Position numbers and translations under genes: made by a program. A stretch of 64,000 nt of DNA. Origin: Ostreococcus lucimarinus. Taxonomy: Eukaryota. Each line of letters starts with the position of its first letter. Position 1 is the first letter of the stretch. Under the pieces are notes generated by a model that was given only the letters and a program-made list of their open reading frames with translations, searched no databases and was not told where the DNA came from. The stretch lies in assembly GCA_000092065.1 (NCBI GenBank), contig CP000586.1; one strand, written 5' to 3'. Positions 9,933 to 22,100 of the stretch are shown here, in pieces.

Positions 9933-10508
9933 ATGAGCGCGCACGAGGCCGACCACGTGGCGCTGAAGTGCGTCGTCGTCGGCGACGGTGCGGTCGGGAA
10001 GACGTCCATGCTGATGTGCTACGCGACGAACACGTTCCCGACGGATCACATGCCGACGATTTTTGATAATTACAGTAAAAACGTGCGCGCGAGAGACGGG
10101 CGGACGGTGAGCGTGGGGCTGTGGGACACCGCTGGACAAGATGAGTACGCGGCGTTTCGACCGCTGAGCTATGAGAACGCGGATGCGATGTTGTTGGCGT
10201 TTTCGTGCGATTCTAAGGAGAGCTACGAGAGCGTGGAGACGAAGTGGGCGGAGGAGTTGCGCGCGAAGGCGCCGAAGACGCCCATCGTGTTGGTGTGCAC
10301 CAAGATTGATTTGCGAGACAGTGGGAAAGGGGTCGTGAGTCGCGCGCAGGGAGAGGCATTGGGTGATCGAATCGGCGCGACGGCGTACGTGGAGTGCAGT
10401 GCGCTGACGCAGAATGGATTGCCCGCGGTGTTTGACACCGTCATAGACGTGCACTTGCACCCAGAGCTGTTCGAAAAGTCGAAGCCTGGATGCTGCGTCG
10501 TTCAATAG
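9933..10508 (+). CDS. Rho-family small GTPase (Rac/Rop-like) with C-terminal CaaX-like CCVVQ
   Basis: [36 protein letters not shown]...WDTAGQDEY...TKIDLRD; TxFDNY is Rho-specific. Start is the internal ATG of ORF 9366..10508. Confidence 0.9.
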   Translation: MSAHEADHVALKCVVVGDGAVGKTSMLMCYATNTFPTDHMPTIFDNYSKNVRARDGRTVSVGLWDTAGQDEYAAFRPLSYENADAMLLAFSCDSKESYESVETKWAEELRAKAPKTPIVLVCTKIDLRDSGKGVVSRAQGEALGDRIGATAYVECSALTQNGLPAVFDTVIDVHLHPELFEKSKPGCCVVQ

Positions 10509-10535
10509 AAGCGATCGCGGGTTAGCATAGCTGTA

Positions 10536-10580
10536 TCTTTGTTCTTCTACTTCTACTTCTACAGTACTTCTACATTTCTA
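10536..10580. repeat. (CTTCTA)n-like tandem repeat in convergent 3' region between Rho GTPase and ADAL genes
   Basis: gttcttctacttctacttctacagtacttctacatttcta in a 75-bp AT-richer spacer. Confidence 0.8.
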
Positions 10581-10583
10581 ATA

Positions 10584-11627
10584 TCACGACGTTGAGTTGC
10601 GAATGTTCGCCAGGACGTTTAGCTTGACGTCTTCGTCGCAAAACGCAAAATCCATCGCGCGAGTCGACATGTCGCGAATTTCGTCATCCGTCAGCCCGAA
10701 CGTTTCCGCCGCGATGGCATACTCGCGCGATAGCGATGTCTGAAAGACCCACGTGTCGTCAGTGCACAAACAAATCGGGTGTCCCGCGCTTCTCAATTTG
10801 GCAAAGTGATGCTCCGCGAAGCCGGCGCACGAACGCGTCTTCACGTTGGACGTCAAACACAGCTCGACAGGAATCTTACTCGCGAGTAAATCTCGAAGCA
10901 AGCTCTCGTCACGAACAGTGTACACGCAGTGCCCTAATCTGTCAGGGCGAAACGCTATGAATGCTCGTTGTTCAGCCTCCGTATTCGCGACTTCGCCGTT
11001 GTGCAAGCTCGTCCCCAATCCATGCGCCCTCGCCTTTTCGAACGCGGCGACGTATCGATCCCAATGCCCGACCACGGGAGAACCGCTCAAATCCACACCG
11101 ACGACGCCTCTCTCTTTATATTTGATCGCCAAATCGATCGTCTCCATCGCCTTGCTCGCGTCGTCGTCTCGCGCGCGGTCCACGCTAAGAATGATCCTCG
11201 CCGCGAGCTCCCCATCCGCGCCGTCTCCACCGCACCGACCGCACGCGTCCTCCAATCCACTCAACACCGCCTCGACGTAGCGCTCCTTCCCGATCTGTTC
11301 CTTCGGCGTCGTGCGTAGCTCCAAGTATCGCGCTCCGTCCCGCGCAAAGTCTTCGCAGACTTCGCGCGTCACCCGTCGCAGCGCCGCCGCGTCGTCGACG
11401 CACGCGTGCACGAGCTTAAAAATCTCAAAGCACGCGAGGAGATCGCGATCGCTCGCGAGCGCGCGCTCGCACTCGCGCTCGAGCCCCCGCGCTGCCGCGA
11501 GTTCCAGTAGAGTGTCCTCGCGCACGCAACCGTTGACGTGCGCGTGCAGCTCGACGCCGCACCTCGCGCGCGCGAACGCCGCGGCGCGGCGCGCCCGCGC
11601 GTCGTTCTTCGCGTCGTCGCTCCGCAT
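10584..11627 (-). CDS. Adenosine/AMP deaminase-like protein (ADAL family metallo-dependent hydrolase)
   Basis: ELHAHVNGCV (HxHxxG), SLHNGE, CLCTDD: adenosine deaminase family motifs; full ORF, ATG start. Confidence 0.8.
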   Translation of the reverse strand: MRSDDAKNDARARRAAAFARARCGVELHAHVNGCVREDTLLELAAARGLERECERALASDRDLLACFEIFKLVHACVDDAAALRRVTREVCEDFARDGARYLELRTTPKEQIGKERYVEAVLSGLEDACGRCGGDGADGELAARIILSVDRARDDDASKAMETIDLAIKYKERGVVGVDLSGSPVVGHWDRYVAAFEKARAHGLGTSLHNGEVANTEAEQRAFIAFRPDRLGHCVYTVRDESLLRDLLASKIPVELCLTSNVKTRSCAGFAEHHFAKLRSAGHPICLCTDDTWVFQTSLSREYAIAAETFGLTDDEIRDMSTRAMDFAFCDEDVKLNVLANIRNSTS

Positions 11628-11708
11628 GCGCGCCGTCGCGCGTCGTCGCGCGCGACACTGCCGCCGCCGCCACTAAACTCCACGCACGCGCGAGCGCGCC
11701 GACGCGTC

Positions 11709-14700
11709 ATGTCGCCCGCCGCGCGCGCGCGCGACGCCGACGACGCCGACGACGCCGACGACGCGTCGCCGCGCGCGTTCAAGCGACACAAGACGGACGA
11801 AGACGCCGTGCTCGCCGCGGGCGGGCGCCGCATCGCGCCCACGGGCGGCGGGCACGGGTGTCTGCACGACGTCGTTCGACCGCGCGGTGACGCGAGCGCG
11901 ATGACGCGAGACGAGGGAAGGATCGAGGTCCCCGAAGTCCCGGCGAAGTCGTACGCGTTCGAGCTGGACACGTTTCAGCAAAAGGCGGTGGAGTGCTTGG
12001 AGCGGGGGGAGTCGGTGCTGGTGAGCGCGCACACGTCGGCGGGGAAGACGGTGGTGGCGGAATACGCGATCGCGATGGCGATACGAGACGGACAGCGCGT
12101 GGTGTACACGTCACCGTTGAAGGCGCTGAGTAATCAAAAGTATCGCGAGCTGAAGGAGGAGTTTGAGGACGTGGGATTGATGACGGGGGACGTGGTGATA
12201 AATCCGAGCGCGTCGTGCCTGGTGATGACGACGGAGGTTTTGCGATCGATGCTGTATCGGGGAGGGGAGGTGATGCGCGAGGTTGGGTGGGTGATTTATG
12301 ATGAGATTCATTACATGCGGGACAGCGAGCGAGGGGTGGTTTGGGAGGAGTCCATCGTGTTGTTGCCGGACATGGTCAAGTACGTGTTTCTATCGGCGAC
12401 GATTCCGAACGCTCGAGAGTTCGCGGAGTGGGTGTGCAAGACGCATAATCAACCGTGTCACATCGTGTACACTGACTTTCGTCCGACGCCGTTGGAGCAT
12501 TACGTCTTCCCGGCGAACGGAGAGGGGATATTTTTAGTCATGGATCGGCAGTCCAAGTTCAGGGACAGCAATTTCGAGCAAGCCGTCACCGTCATCGCCG
12601 ACGGCGGCGGCGCGGCGGCGGCACGCGTGGCCAATCGAGCGCGAGGTGATGATGGAAAAAAGGAGGCAGTTAACCAGGACATCTTTAAAATCATCCGTAT
12701 GGTCGTCGAGCGCAACTACGATCCTGTGATTGTGTTCGCGTTCAACAAACACGAGTGCGAAAAGATGGCTAACTCATTACACAAAGTTGATTTGTGCGAC
12801 GAAGACGAGAAAAAGCTCATCGACACGATTTATTGGAACGCCATGGACTCGTTGTCGGACGAAGACAAACGATTGCCTCAAGTCGCAAATTTGCCAAACC
12901 TTTTACGACGAGGTTTGGGTGTGCACCACTCGGGACTGCTGCCGATTTTGAAGGAGGTGATCGAGATTTTATTCCAGGAAGGCTTGATCAAAGTGCTCTT
13001 CGCCACGGAGACCATGTCGGTGGGACTGAACATGCCGGCTCGCACGGTCGTGTTTTGCTCTCCTCGAAAGTTCGACGGCGCTGGTTTTCGTTGGATCACG
13101 TCTGGCGAGTACATTCAAATGTCTGGTCGAGCCGGTCGTCGCGGCAAGGACGACCGCGGTTTGGTAATCTTGATGATGGATGAGCGTATGGATCCGCCGG
13201 TGGCGAAGAACATGTTACACGGGCAATCTGATACTCTTGATAGCGCATTTCACTTGAACTACGCAATGATTTTGAACCTGATGCGCGTCGAAGGTGCTGA
13301 GCCAGAGTCGCTCATTCAATCGTCGTTTGCGCAATTCCAAAACGATCGCGCGTTGCCGGGTCTGGAGGCGAAGATTGTCGAGATACAGAAGGATCGGGAC
13401 GCGGTGAAGATTCACGACGAAGACAGCGTCGACGAGTATGTCAAGCTCAAAGACGGCCTCGATGCCATGATTCGAGAACGTCGTGTCGTCACCAACACTC
13501 CAACGCACGCGGTGCCGTTTTTGCAGCCTGGTCGATTGGTGCGCGTGTGCACAAAATCGCCGTCGATTTCGTCTACGTATGACGAGGAAGACGATTCGAT
13601 TAGAATTCCCGTACCAGGAACGGAGCCGGGTGAAGAGGACGTCGTTTGGGGCATGATTGTGTCTTTCGAGCGCATCGGTGGCGGTGGAAAATCTGGGAAA
13701 GCGGCGTACGGGGTCGACGTTCTGGTGCGCACGCGCGAGAATAGTGACGGTAAGACTCCGTTATCATCAAAGAGTAAAAACGATAGATACGAGTTTTTGA
13801 ATGCGAACGAGGAGGACGATTCGTCGGAGCCGCGGGTGATTCGAGTGCCCCTCGAGCAGCTCGATGTATTGAGCAGCGTTCGCGTATACTTGCCGAAAGA
13901 CTTGCATCCACGCGAGGCGAGAGATCAGTGCATTAGCAGTGTGGGGGAGGTCATCAAGCGGTTCCCTGATGGCGTGCCGGTTTTGGATGCCACGCGAGAT
14001 CTGAAGATCGATAGTGAAAACTTCTCCAAGCTCTTAAAGCGAATCGACGGCATCAAGTCGATGATGAAGAAGCACCCCGTCGCCTCAAGTGAAAGGCTCG
14101 TCGAACAGCTCTCAGCGCACAAGAGAAAACGTGAGCTCTCCATCGCACTGAAGCAGGCGAAGAAAAACGCAAAGGCTGCCGCTGGACTGATCATGCGCAA
14201 TGAGCTGAAGCAGATGCGTCGCGTGCTCAAACGACTCGGGCACACGAGCGCTGAGGGCGTGGTACAAACGAAGGGAAGAGTGGCGTGCGAACTCGCCTCG
14301 GTCGACGAGCTCGTCACCGCGGAGCTCATCTTCAACGGTATGTTCAAAGAAGTCGATGTTGATATGCTCGTCGCTTTGGTTTCGTGCTTGGTGTGGCGCG
14401 AGAAGTCGCGCAACACACCCAAGCTTAGCGAAGAAACCGCGGAAGTGTTTTCGCGCCTGAAGGATGTTGCGCGCAAAGTCGGGAAACAAATGATGGAGTG
14501 TAGGATGAGCGTGGACGTCGAAGAGTACGTAGAGGGCTTTAGGAGCGAGCTCATGGAAATCATGCTCGCGTGGTGCAAAGGGAATAAATTTGCAGAGATT
14601 ATGAAAATGACAGATTTGTTCGAAGGTTCCATAGTGCGCGCCATTCGGCGTGTCGAGGAGGTTTTGCGCCAACTGTCTGACGCGTGTCGGGTCATAGGCG

Positions 14701-14783
14701 AGACTGAACTTCAAGAAAAGTTCACAATCGCGAGCGAAAAAGTGAAACGCGACATAGTGTTCGTCGCGAGCTTGTTCCTTTAG
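11709..14783 (+). CDS. MTR4: MTR4-type DExH RNA helicase (exosome cofactor, Ski2-like family)
   Basis: FELDTFQQKAV...SAHTSAGKTVVAEY...DEIHYMRD...; about 130 aa before the helicase core; C-terminal DSHCT ending DIVFVASLFL (Mtr4 ends DIVFAASLYL). Confidence 0.9.
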   Translation: MSPAARARDADDADDADDASPRAFKRHKTDEDAVLAAGGRRIAPTGGGHGCLHDVVRPRGDASAMTRDEGRIEVPEVPAKSYAFELDTFQQKAVECLERGESVLVSAHTSAGKTVVAEYAIAMAIRDGQRVVYTSPLKALSNQKYRELKEEFEDVGLMTGDVVINPSASCLVMTTEVLRSMLYRGGEVMREVGWVIYDEIHYMRDSERGVVWEESIVLLPDMVKYVFLSATIPNAREFAEWVCKTHNQPCHIVYTDFRPTPLEHYVFPANGEGIFLVMDRQSKFRDSNFEQAVTVIADGGGAAAARVANRARGDDGKKEAVNQDIFKIIRMVVERNYDPVIVFAFNKHECEKMANSLHKVDLCDEDEKKLIDTIYWNAMDSLSDEDKRLPQVANLPNLLRRGLGVHHSGLLPILKEVIEILFQEGLIKVLFATETMSVGLNMPARTVVFCSPRKFDGAGFRWITSGEYIQMSGRAGRRGKDDRGLVILMMDERMDPPVAKNMLHGQSDTLDSAFHLNYAMILNLMRVEGAEPESLIQSSFAQFQNDRALPGLEAKIVEIQKDRDAVKIHDEDSVDEYVKLKDGLDAMIRERRVVTNTPTHAVPFLQPGRLVRVCTKSPSISSTYDEEDDSIRIPVPGTEPGEEDVVWGMIVSFERIGGGGKSGKAAYGVDVLVRTRENSDGKTPLSSKSKNDRYEFLNANEEDDSSEPRVIRVPLEQLDVLSSVRVYLPKDLHPREARDQCISSVGEVIKRFPDGVPVLDATRDLKIDSENFSKLLKRIDGIKSMMKKHPVASSERLVEQLSAHKRKRELSIALKQAKKNAKAAAGLIMRNELKQMRRVLKRLGHTSAEGVVQTKGRVACELASVDELVTAELIFNGMFKEVDVDMLVALVSCLVWREKSRNTPKLSEETAEVFSRLKDVARKVGKQMMECRMSVDVEEYVEGFRSELMEIMLAWCKGNKFAEIMKMTDLFEGSIVRAIRRVEEVLRQLSDACRVIGETELQEKFTIASEKVKRDIVFVASLFL

Positions 14784-14953
14784 CGTGGTTGTAACTCACG
14801 CGTACGTAGTGATAGCAAGAATGTCCTTCCGTCTTCTTACAAGAGATAAACTCGGCTTCGTCTAACACGAAACCGCGAAATCCTAGTGAATGCAAACGGC
14901 TCACCACTGCGAGCGCTCGCGCCAACCCCCCATCTAGTCACGATATCGATCGT

Positions 14954-15505
14954 TTAGTTGCTCTTAGAGCCCGATCGAAGGCGCGCCTGTTGCTTGCGCG
15001 TGAGCTTCACCGGCTCCGCCTCGCGCTTGACGGCCTCCACCTTTTCGCTGAGCGTGATCTCAACGTGGCACGGGTTGGACATGTACGGGTTGATGCGACC
15101 GTGCGCACGGTACGTGCGCCGACGCTGCGGGATGGCCTTGTTGCACTGGATGTGCGACACGGACAAGTTCTCAATGTCCAAGCCCTTCGTCTCCGCGTTG
15201 CTCTTGGCGTTGGCGAGCAAACCGAGCACGGCTTCCGCCGCCTTCTTCGGCCAGCGGCCTTGACCGTTCGTCGAACCTTCGTTCTTCGCCTGCGCCGTGC
15301 GACCAACACCACCGCAGAAGCGACGGAAAACGACGCATCGCTTCATCGCGAGGACATCCTTCAAGTATTGCTCCGCGTCCTCGAGCTTCTTACCCTTCAA
15401 CATCATGCACGTCTCGCGCATGTTCTTGAACGAGATGCGAAGGTCCGACGCGCGCGCCTTGCACGACTTTTCGGCATCTTCCGGTTCTCTCGCGTACTTC
15501 ACCAT
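14954..15505 (-). CDS. RPL17: 60S ribosomal protein L17 (uL22)
   Basis: [32 protein letters not shown]...[21 protein letters not shown]: near-colinear with eukaryotic RPL17; 183 aa. Confidence 0.95.
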   Translation of the reverse strand: MVKYAREPEDAEKSCKARASDLRISFKNMRETCMMLKGKKLEDAEQYLKDVLAMKRCVVFRRFCGGVGRTAQAKNEGSTNGQGRWPKKAAEAVLGLLANAKSNAETKGLDIENLSVSHIQCNKAIPQRRRTYRAHGRINPYMSNPCHVEITLSEKVEAVKREAEPVKLTRKQQARLRSGSKSN

Positions 15506-16116
15506 CTGTTTTTCAACCGCGCGTCCATCGCGTTCGTCGTCAGTCGTCGCGTTCGTCTTCGTCGCCCGATGCCGCTAGGGCTTTCTCAATAGGGTCACCG
15601 CCGCTCGCGCGCGCCTCCAGCGCCGCCATCTCGCGCGCGCCATCTCCCACGACGAACGCGCGCGCTCGATCGTAATCCTTCGCGCGATCCAAGCGCGCGC
15701 GCGTCGTCCACCCCCTTTCGCGCGCGCCGAGCCGCCGCATCGTAAAGCCCCGCGTCGTCGCCGTCGATCACCGCGCGTCGCGCCCTCCGCGCGCGTTCGC
15801 GTCGCCGACCGCGCGCGTCGCCGACCGCGCGCGCCACCGCGCGCGACGCGAATCATCGCGCGTCGCGCTCGCGCGCGTCGTCGCGTCGTCTCGCACCTTC
15901 TCGTCGTCGGCGTCGCGTAAAGGCGGACGGCGCGTCGCGCGCCCTCGACGCCTCGAGGCGCGCGCGGTGTGATTTCACTCAAAACGCACGCACATGGGCT
16001 CGATCGACGTACAAAGCGATGCACGAGTCGCATTCAAAGGAGTGAAAACGCTAAGATTTCGAACCTTTGGGTTTCGAACGTTGGCGGTCGTTCGCCGCAC
16101 TGCGCGACGGCGACGG

Positions 16117-19100
16117 ATGTCCATCTTCGGCGCGCCTTCGACGCCCGTCGCGGGCGCGAGCGCGCTTTTCGCGCCCGCGGTGACGACGCCGGCGAACGTC
16201 GGTGGGACGCCGCGCGCGACGGACGCGAACGGGGACGATGCGCGACGTAAAAGCGACGGATGGTCGCCGGCGTCGCGGTATCAAAATCTGCTCTCGAGCG
16301 TGCGCGCGCTCGAGCACGGACGCGCGAGTGAACGCGATCGAGAGCGCGCGCGGCGGGCGCTGAGGGTGAACGAGACGCGGTTGCGGGAGATGACGTTCTT
16401 TGAGGGACGGAACGCGGGAGACGCCGCGCGAGTGGCGAGCGGGCGGGCGACGCTCAGTCACGGGGGCGAGGCGCGGTTGGGGGAGCTGGACGTCGAACAC
16501 GCGAGCGCGATCGCGGTGGCGTTGGATTTGAATGAAATAGTGAGCGTTGAACTTATGGTGGGGGCGATAGAGCACGGCGCACCTGCGGATGACGTGGTGC
16601 CGGCGGCGATTGGGATTTACATGCGCGAACGCGCCGCGGCGCTCGAGTCGTTGCTGGCGGTGTTGCGATGCGCGGACGGGACGGCGCCGTTGGACGGGGT
16701 GATGGATGAAGAATTGAAAGATTACGCGGACGGTTTGTTGCGCGATGGCGCGCTGTTTGCGCGATTAGTGAAGCTCGTCACCGCGCCGCCGCCGGGTGGA
16801 CCATTTTTAGTCGCGCCGACCGTGCCGACGCAACACGTCGGCGGGCCATTGGCGCTCGCGGGGCAGCAGCAACAGGCGACGACGTCGTCATCATCACAAG
16901 AGCGCTTGCTCGGACCTTTAGACAAGTTAGTAGATATCCGCGGCCGTCCGATCTTACGGCAAGAGTGCGTGGCGCACGAGCGACGACTCGTCGTCGAGTG
17001 CCTGTTCCACTCGGCGCGAGTGTCAACAAGCTTGAGTTCGGAAAATGCGCAAGCACTCTTGGTGTTGGCGGGACGCTCTGCGGAAGCGATGCGAGACCTG
17101 GAGAAGGTTGCGGTGGAAGACATGCCGACGGGTTACGGTACGATTTTTGCCGCGGCTGCGATGTTTACGCCGACGCTATCCGGCGTCGAGGCGGCAGTAC
17201 CGAAGACAGACTTGGCCAAGGCAGTAGCGACAACGATCAACTCCCCGAACGCACCTCCGTTATTTTCATTCGTTCGATTTGCCTGGGCGATCTTAGCGCT
17301 TGATCTCGGTCTAAGCGAAGCCGAGGAGGCCATTAAGGAAAGTCTGAAGAATGACGCGCTCGAAGCCATCGATCTGGTGTTGAAGACTGGAGTTTTCCAA
17401 GACGATCACACTGTCGCGCGGACGCAAAACCTGGAGCTCGTGCACATCATACTTTCGCGATATCTTCATCACAATCTGCGGAAAACATCTTTGCATCGAA
17501 TGCTCACGGATGGTACTGCTGTTAGGGAGCCATTTGTCGAAAACGGGCTCACAATTGAAATCGACGCGGCAAAACCCATGGCGGATGTCTGCTCCGTCTT
17601 TGCCGAGCTGTACAAGCAAGAACCTAAACTCGCAAAGGCATGCGCTGGGTTGAAGAGCTTCCTTGAGATTTCTGGTGATAGCGAGCACTCCGTCGGTTCG
17701 CTCGTCAAGCTTCTCGAGCTTTGCACGACGATAGCTCAAACGAGCGAAGATGCTCGGCGTATTTTTGAGCTCTTACAGCGCAGCCAAGGCGCGGCAAACT
17801 GGGATCGCTTGCTAGGGGCATTAATTGGCTACGTTCAGCGCTTTATGTCGAGCCCCGATGATTTAATCGACGCCGGGGAAGAGTTCGATCCTCGCGAAGG
17901 CGATCCAGAAATGAACGAAGCCGACGCAGAGGGCTTGCGCGCGTATCTCGCCGTGTTCAAGGCGGTGATGGAGAATGCCGAGCGCGCCGAGGCGGCGCAC
18001 TGGCTGATGTGGTTAGAACACAGGATTGGGGCGGCTTTGATGGACGCCTTATTGCAGCTTTACATTAATCCCGTTCCACTGCACCTCAAAGCGGCGCTTC
18101 TCGACGCCATCGGTGCGTTATGCTGGGATCAAAACACCGCGTTTGACGTTTGGCAACTGCTCGACCAGGCTGGCATATTGCCGAACCCTATGCAAACAGG
18201 CTTGTTGCAAACGGCGACTTCGCAGCGTTCGGATGTCTCCTATATATACTCTATGATCGAGACGCACGAGCACAAGTACGAGAGCACCACTGGGTGGCTG
18301 CGATTGATTGGTAAACTTTTAGCGATGACGAGAGACATCGAAAACGGTCCTTGCGCCGATGGTGGTAGCCCATCGTGGTTCCACACTCGGTTCATTCGGG
18401 ATAGGCTTTTGGGGGAGTTGGGTACGCGAGTGCACGTCGACCAAACGGAGCGATGGGTCATGGCGCGCGACTGCGTCGATCACTTGCTCTTCATGTTGCG
18501 TTTGTACGAAGACACCATGATCTCATCCTTCACGGTCGAGGACGTGGATTCGGCGAGTTTGGATGCGCCACTTGCTATTGGTTACGGTGAACCGTCCAGT
18601 GTGCTCGCCCTTCGAAGTGCGGAGCACACGCGAGGCGACGTCGAGCGCCCCAGCACGCCGGGTGCTGATATCCTCACCGACTTTTTGACATCTGGATCAA
18701 CCTGTCAAATGGTGATGAACATTCTCTCCATCGGTGCCGAGTCGCTGAGTTTTGAGCGTCACGCGCGTCACGGTGATGCGTTGGAAGATTGCGTTCTGGG
18801 CGCGTTGCAACTTTTGGATTACATCCTTTCTATCGATCAGCGCGCGGTCGCAAAATTGCGCGCCAAGCACAAGGATGCAGTTTTTTATCGCACTTTAGAT
18901 GAGGTGCTCTCGGCAGACATGACGCAGATGGCGAACATCCTGGGGTACGTTCAGTACAAGTATAACCCGGAGATCACATACACGGCGTTGAAAATATTGC
19001 GCGTGCTCTGTCAACGAGTCGAGCACATCGTTGCGTTGCTTCCACCGGCGTCGCGTGCCGCCATCGTCGAGGGCTGCGCGAGCTGCTTGGAGCTTGCGTT

Positions 19101-22100
19101 CGCGATGGTGCCTCCGGGAGACGAAGAAATTCCTCTCGAGGAAAGCGCTTCGAGTGCGGTCGACTGTGCAACATTAGTTTTCGAACTGTTGCATGAAAAT
19201 CTCGAACGCGCTGGTGCGAATATGTCTCACCTGCTGCTCGGTTTTGACATCACGGGCGCATCGAGCGAAATCGAGGTTTCACCGTTCACTGAGTTCAACT
19301 GTTTGAGCGTCATACTCGAACTTCTTGAAGCAGCGCCACCGTCAATGCACGCGAGCGTCGTCTTGCCGTATCAAGCACCGGAGCTCGCGGCAGATCTTTT
19401 ACAGCGTTTGGCGACGTGCAAATCGACGGCGCCGCCTACCTTGGCTCTTCTCGAGCAATGGCCGCCGCACGCGCCAACGTTGGCGTTGTCTGATTTGCTC
19501 TCCGATGCGTTACGCACCGAGCTTCCAAAGGAGCCATCGAAGAGGCGATCGGTGATGCACCATCGCTCGAGCATTTTGCGCTTATGTGCAGAAGTTCTCG
19601 AGGTTGAGGCACCGCCAGCGAAGGGCCGAGTACCGGAAATGGCGCCAACGCTGGTGTTGGATATCATGAATGTGTTGTTGGACAACGGGCGCGAGGGTCT
19701 TGGTGCATACACACATGATCCCAACGTAGAGCACGGGCAGTTCGCTGTTCTGGAATTGCCGAAGAGCGTCACCCAATTGTCGGAGACGAGCACCGAGCTC
19801 GCACTTTTGGCGAGCTTTGGCGACGACGTGAATGAAATGAGAGAAGAGCTTTCGGCGACACAGCTTTTGGACGATTCCAGAAATGTCGCTGAAGGTGGTA
19901 TCATGACAACCAGTCGGCGGGGAGACAAGGTAATTGATGCAAGCGTCGTGAGAGCGAAGCTTCAGGCAGAGTGCAGGCGACTTGACTCTGAGTCGCACCA
20001 CATGCATGGTGTGAGACAAGACGCGATGGAATTCGTGAAGAGCCGTCGCGAGCGCGCAATCAACGCTACTTTGCGCATTGTCGAAGCTCGCAACAGTGTG
20101 ATCGAGGATGCCACGGCTAGATCCGAAATATTCCTCGCCTGGGAGAAGCTCGTCACTCTCGCAGTGTCCCGAGGTTTGTCCAGCATCGTGACCTATTTCG
20201 ATTTGCGAAACGCGTCTGTGACGACGGCGGCGGTTGACGACAGTCCCTTGAGCTCGCACAGCATTCTCTTCGAACTCGTTGATGGCATCTTAAGTGGCTT
20301 GTGTGAAGCCGAACCTTTTGGTGGTGGCTCTGACAGTGCCAAAGCGGCGCCGTTTTGTCGTCTGGTCCATGTCATTGTTTCACAGCTTCGTCAGCTTGGG
20401 GAACAGGATCGCGCGAAGGGCAACACGAGCGCCGTGCTTGCGCCGTCCAAGTGCCGAGCCTTGCTCCGTAGTCTGATTGCATCGATGCTCCATCGTACCC
20501 CCGTCCCTCAAGTGTCCCGTTTGGACATAATCAGCGCTTTACTAGACTATCTGGCATACTGCAGGCCTGACACTGACGGCGTCAGCCCAGTTACAAAGCA
20601 AGGTCAAGCCGTCGCCGGAACGAGCGTGGCGTTCTCGCAGGTGATGGACATTGATATCGAGAAGGGTAACGCCGCTATCATTCAACGCGATGCAACTGCG
20701 CTCGTTGATTTGATTTCGCGCGATGCCAAAGAAGGCTCGAATGACACGAAAGCGATTACCTTGGGGGCGCTCGAGGCCATGGTGGCGGTGTGTTCGGGCA
20801 CGGGCGTCGGCGGCATCGAAGTTTTGCTTTTGCAAAACGACATCGCAAAGTCGTGCTTGCGCGAATTAGAGTGTGTTTCGATGCCAGATTTGGTCTTGAA
20901 CACGCCGCGCGCTGCGGCGCATTCCAAAGCGATTGAAGCGTCGCTTTCTCTCTTGCTCCGAATGGCGCAAAGTGAACCGAGTCAAATGGTTGCTCTCGGT
21001 ACCCTCGTGTCGTTGACGCGCTGCCGCGCCATTGATGCGTATGCTGACATACACAGTGCGTCGGCAGCGACGGCGACCATGGCGGTCGATGCGCCGTTTT
21101 CAGATCTACCCATTCCGCGCGCGCGTCATCACAAGCTCTTGGTGAATGTGATTCGTCTCGTCGGTAGTCTTCTTGCCGCCGCGCCGCAACCAAAACCGGT
21201 GCCGTCGCCGACGCTCGGGCAATATCCGGGCGCTATCGTCGAAAGCGATGGCATCCCCGCGGTTATCTCTCAGACGCTTGAATTCGTAGAAGCTCACGCG
21301 GCGGTGATCCATCGCGTGCTTGCGGACCGAGCTTCGCGCCCACATCTCGCAGACTTGGCCGAGCTCGAAGCCACAGTGAACTTGGTGACGAGATTGCTCA
21401 AAGGTCCCGTCTTACCAGATCCAAAGCTGCGACTTCACGGCGCAATGGACGTGCTCACAATGACCGTATGTTCGGAGTCGAACAAATATGTAAAGTACGT
21501 GTCGAAGACGCTCGGAAAATCCTCCGCGGGCGACGACATGATGCTCGCGGCCTCCGATGACTTGCGCGCACTCGACGCCGCGGATCGCATGTGGAGGCGT
21601 TTCATCAGCATAAGAAGCATGATTCTCAGCGTACAACGCGTACTAGTCAATAAGGGTCTCACGAAGTTTACTTTTGCCGCTTCTGATGGCGTTGTTGGAG
21701 ACGAAAGACCGACGGTGCATTTATTCGGCACCGTCGTGATGCGCCTTTCGCTCGAGCTCAGCCAACTCGCCGATGCCAGGCGAGATGCGCTGAAATCGAT
21801 CGATCACTACAAAATTCTGCGCGATGGGAGCGTGACCGAATCCGACTTGCTCGCTCGAGTGGCGCTAGTCGAATCAGACATCCGCACAGTTGTCATCTCT
21901 ACGGAGAACGCTCTCGAGGTGCTGTACGCGCACCTTCAACCTCTAGTGTACAGTGGCGATGACGATAGCTTGGTCGCCCCTTCCATGGAACTGAACGGGG
22001 GTAAAACGCGAACGAGCGAGTTCGGTGTTTTGGCGTCGTTCATGCTCCCCGGGTTACATTCTCTCATCCAATTTGAGAAGTCCACGCTCGGTTTGGACAC

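Noticed and set aside
9084-10505. 473-aa ORF treated as one gene
   Set aside because: Only the C-terminal 193 codons (9084-9665) are homologous to EIF1AD. The upstream part is antisense to the Rho GTPase gene and to the repeat-filled promoter.
15994-16116. N-terminal 41 codons of the NUP205 track ORF (MGSIDVQSDARVAFKG...)
   Set aside because: The track start need not be ATG. The first convincing start is MSIFGAP at 16117, and the upstream codons look like 5' UTR. This stays uncertain.
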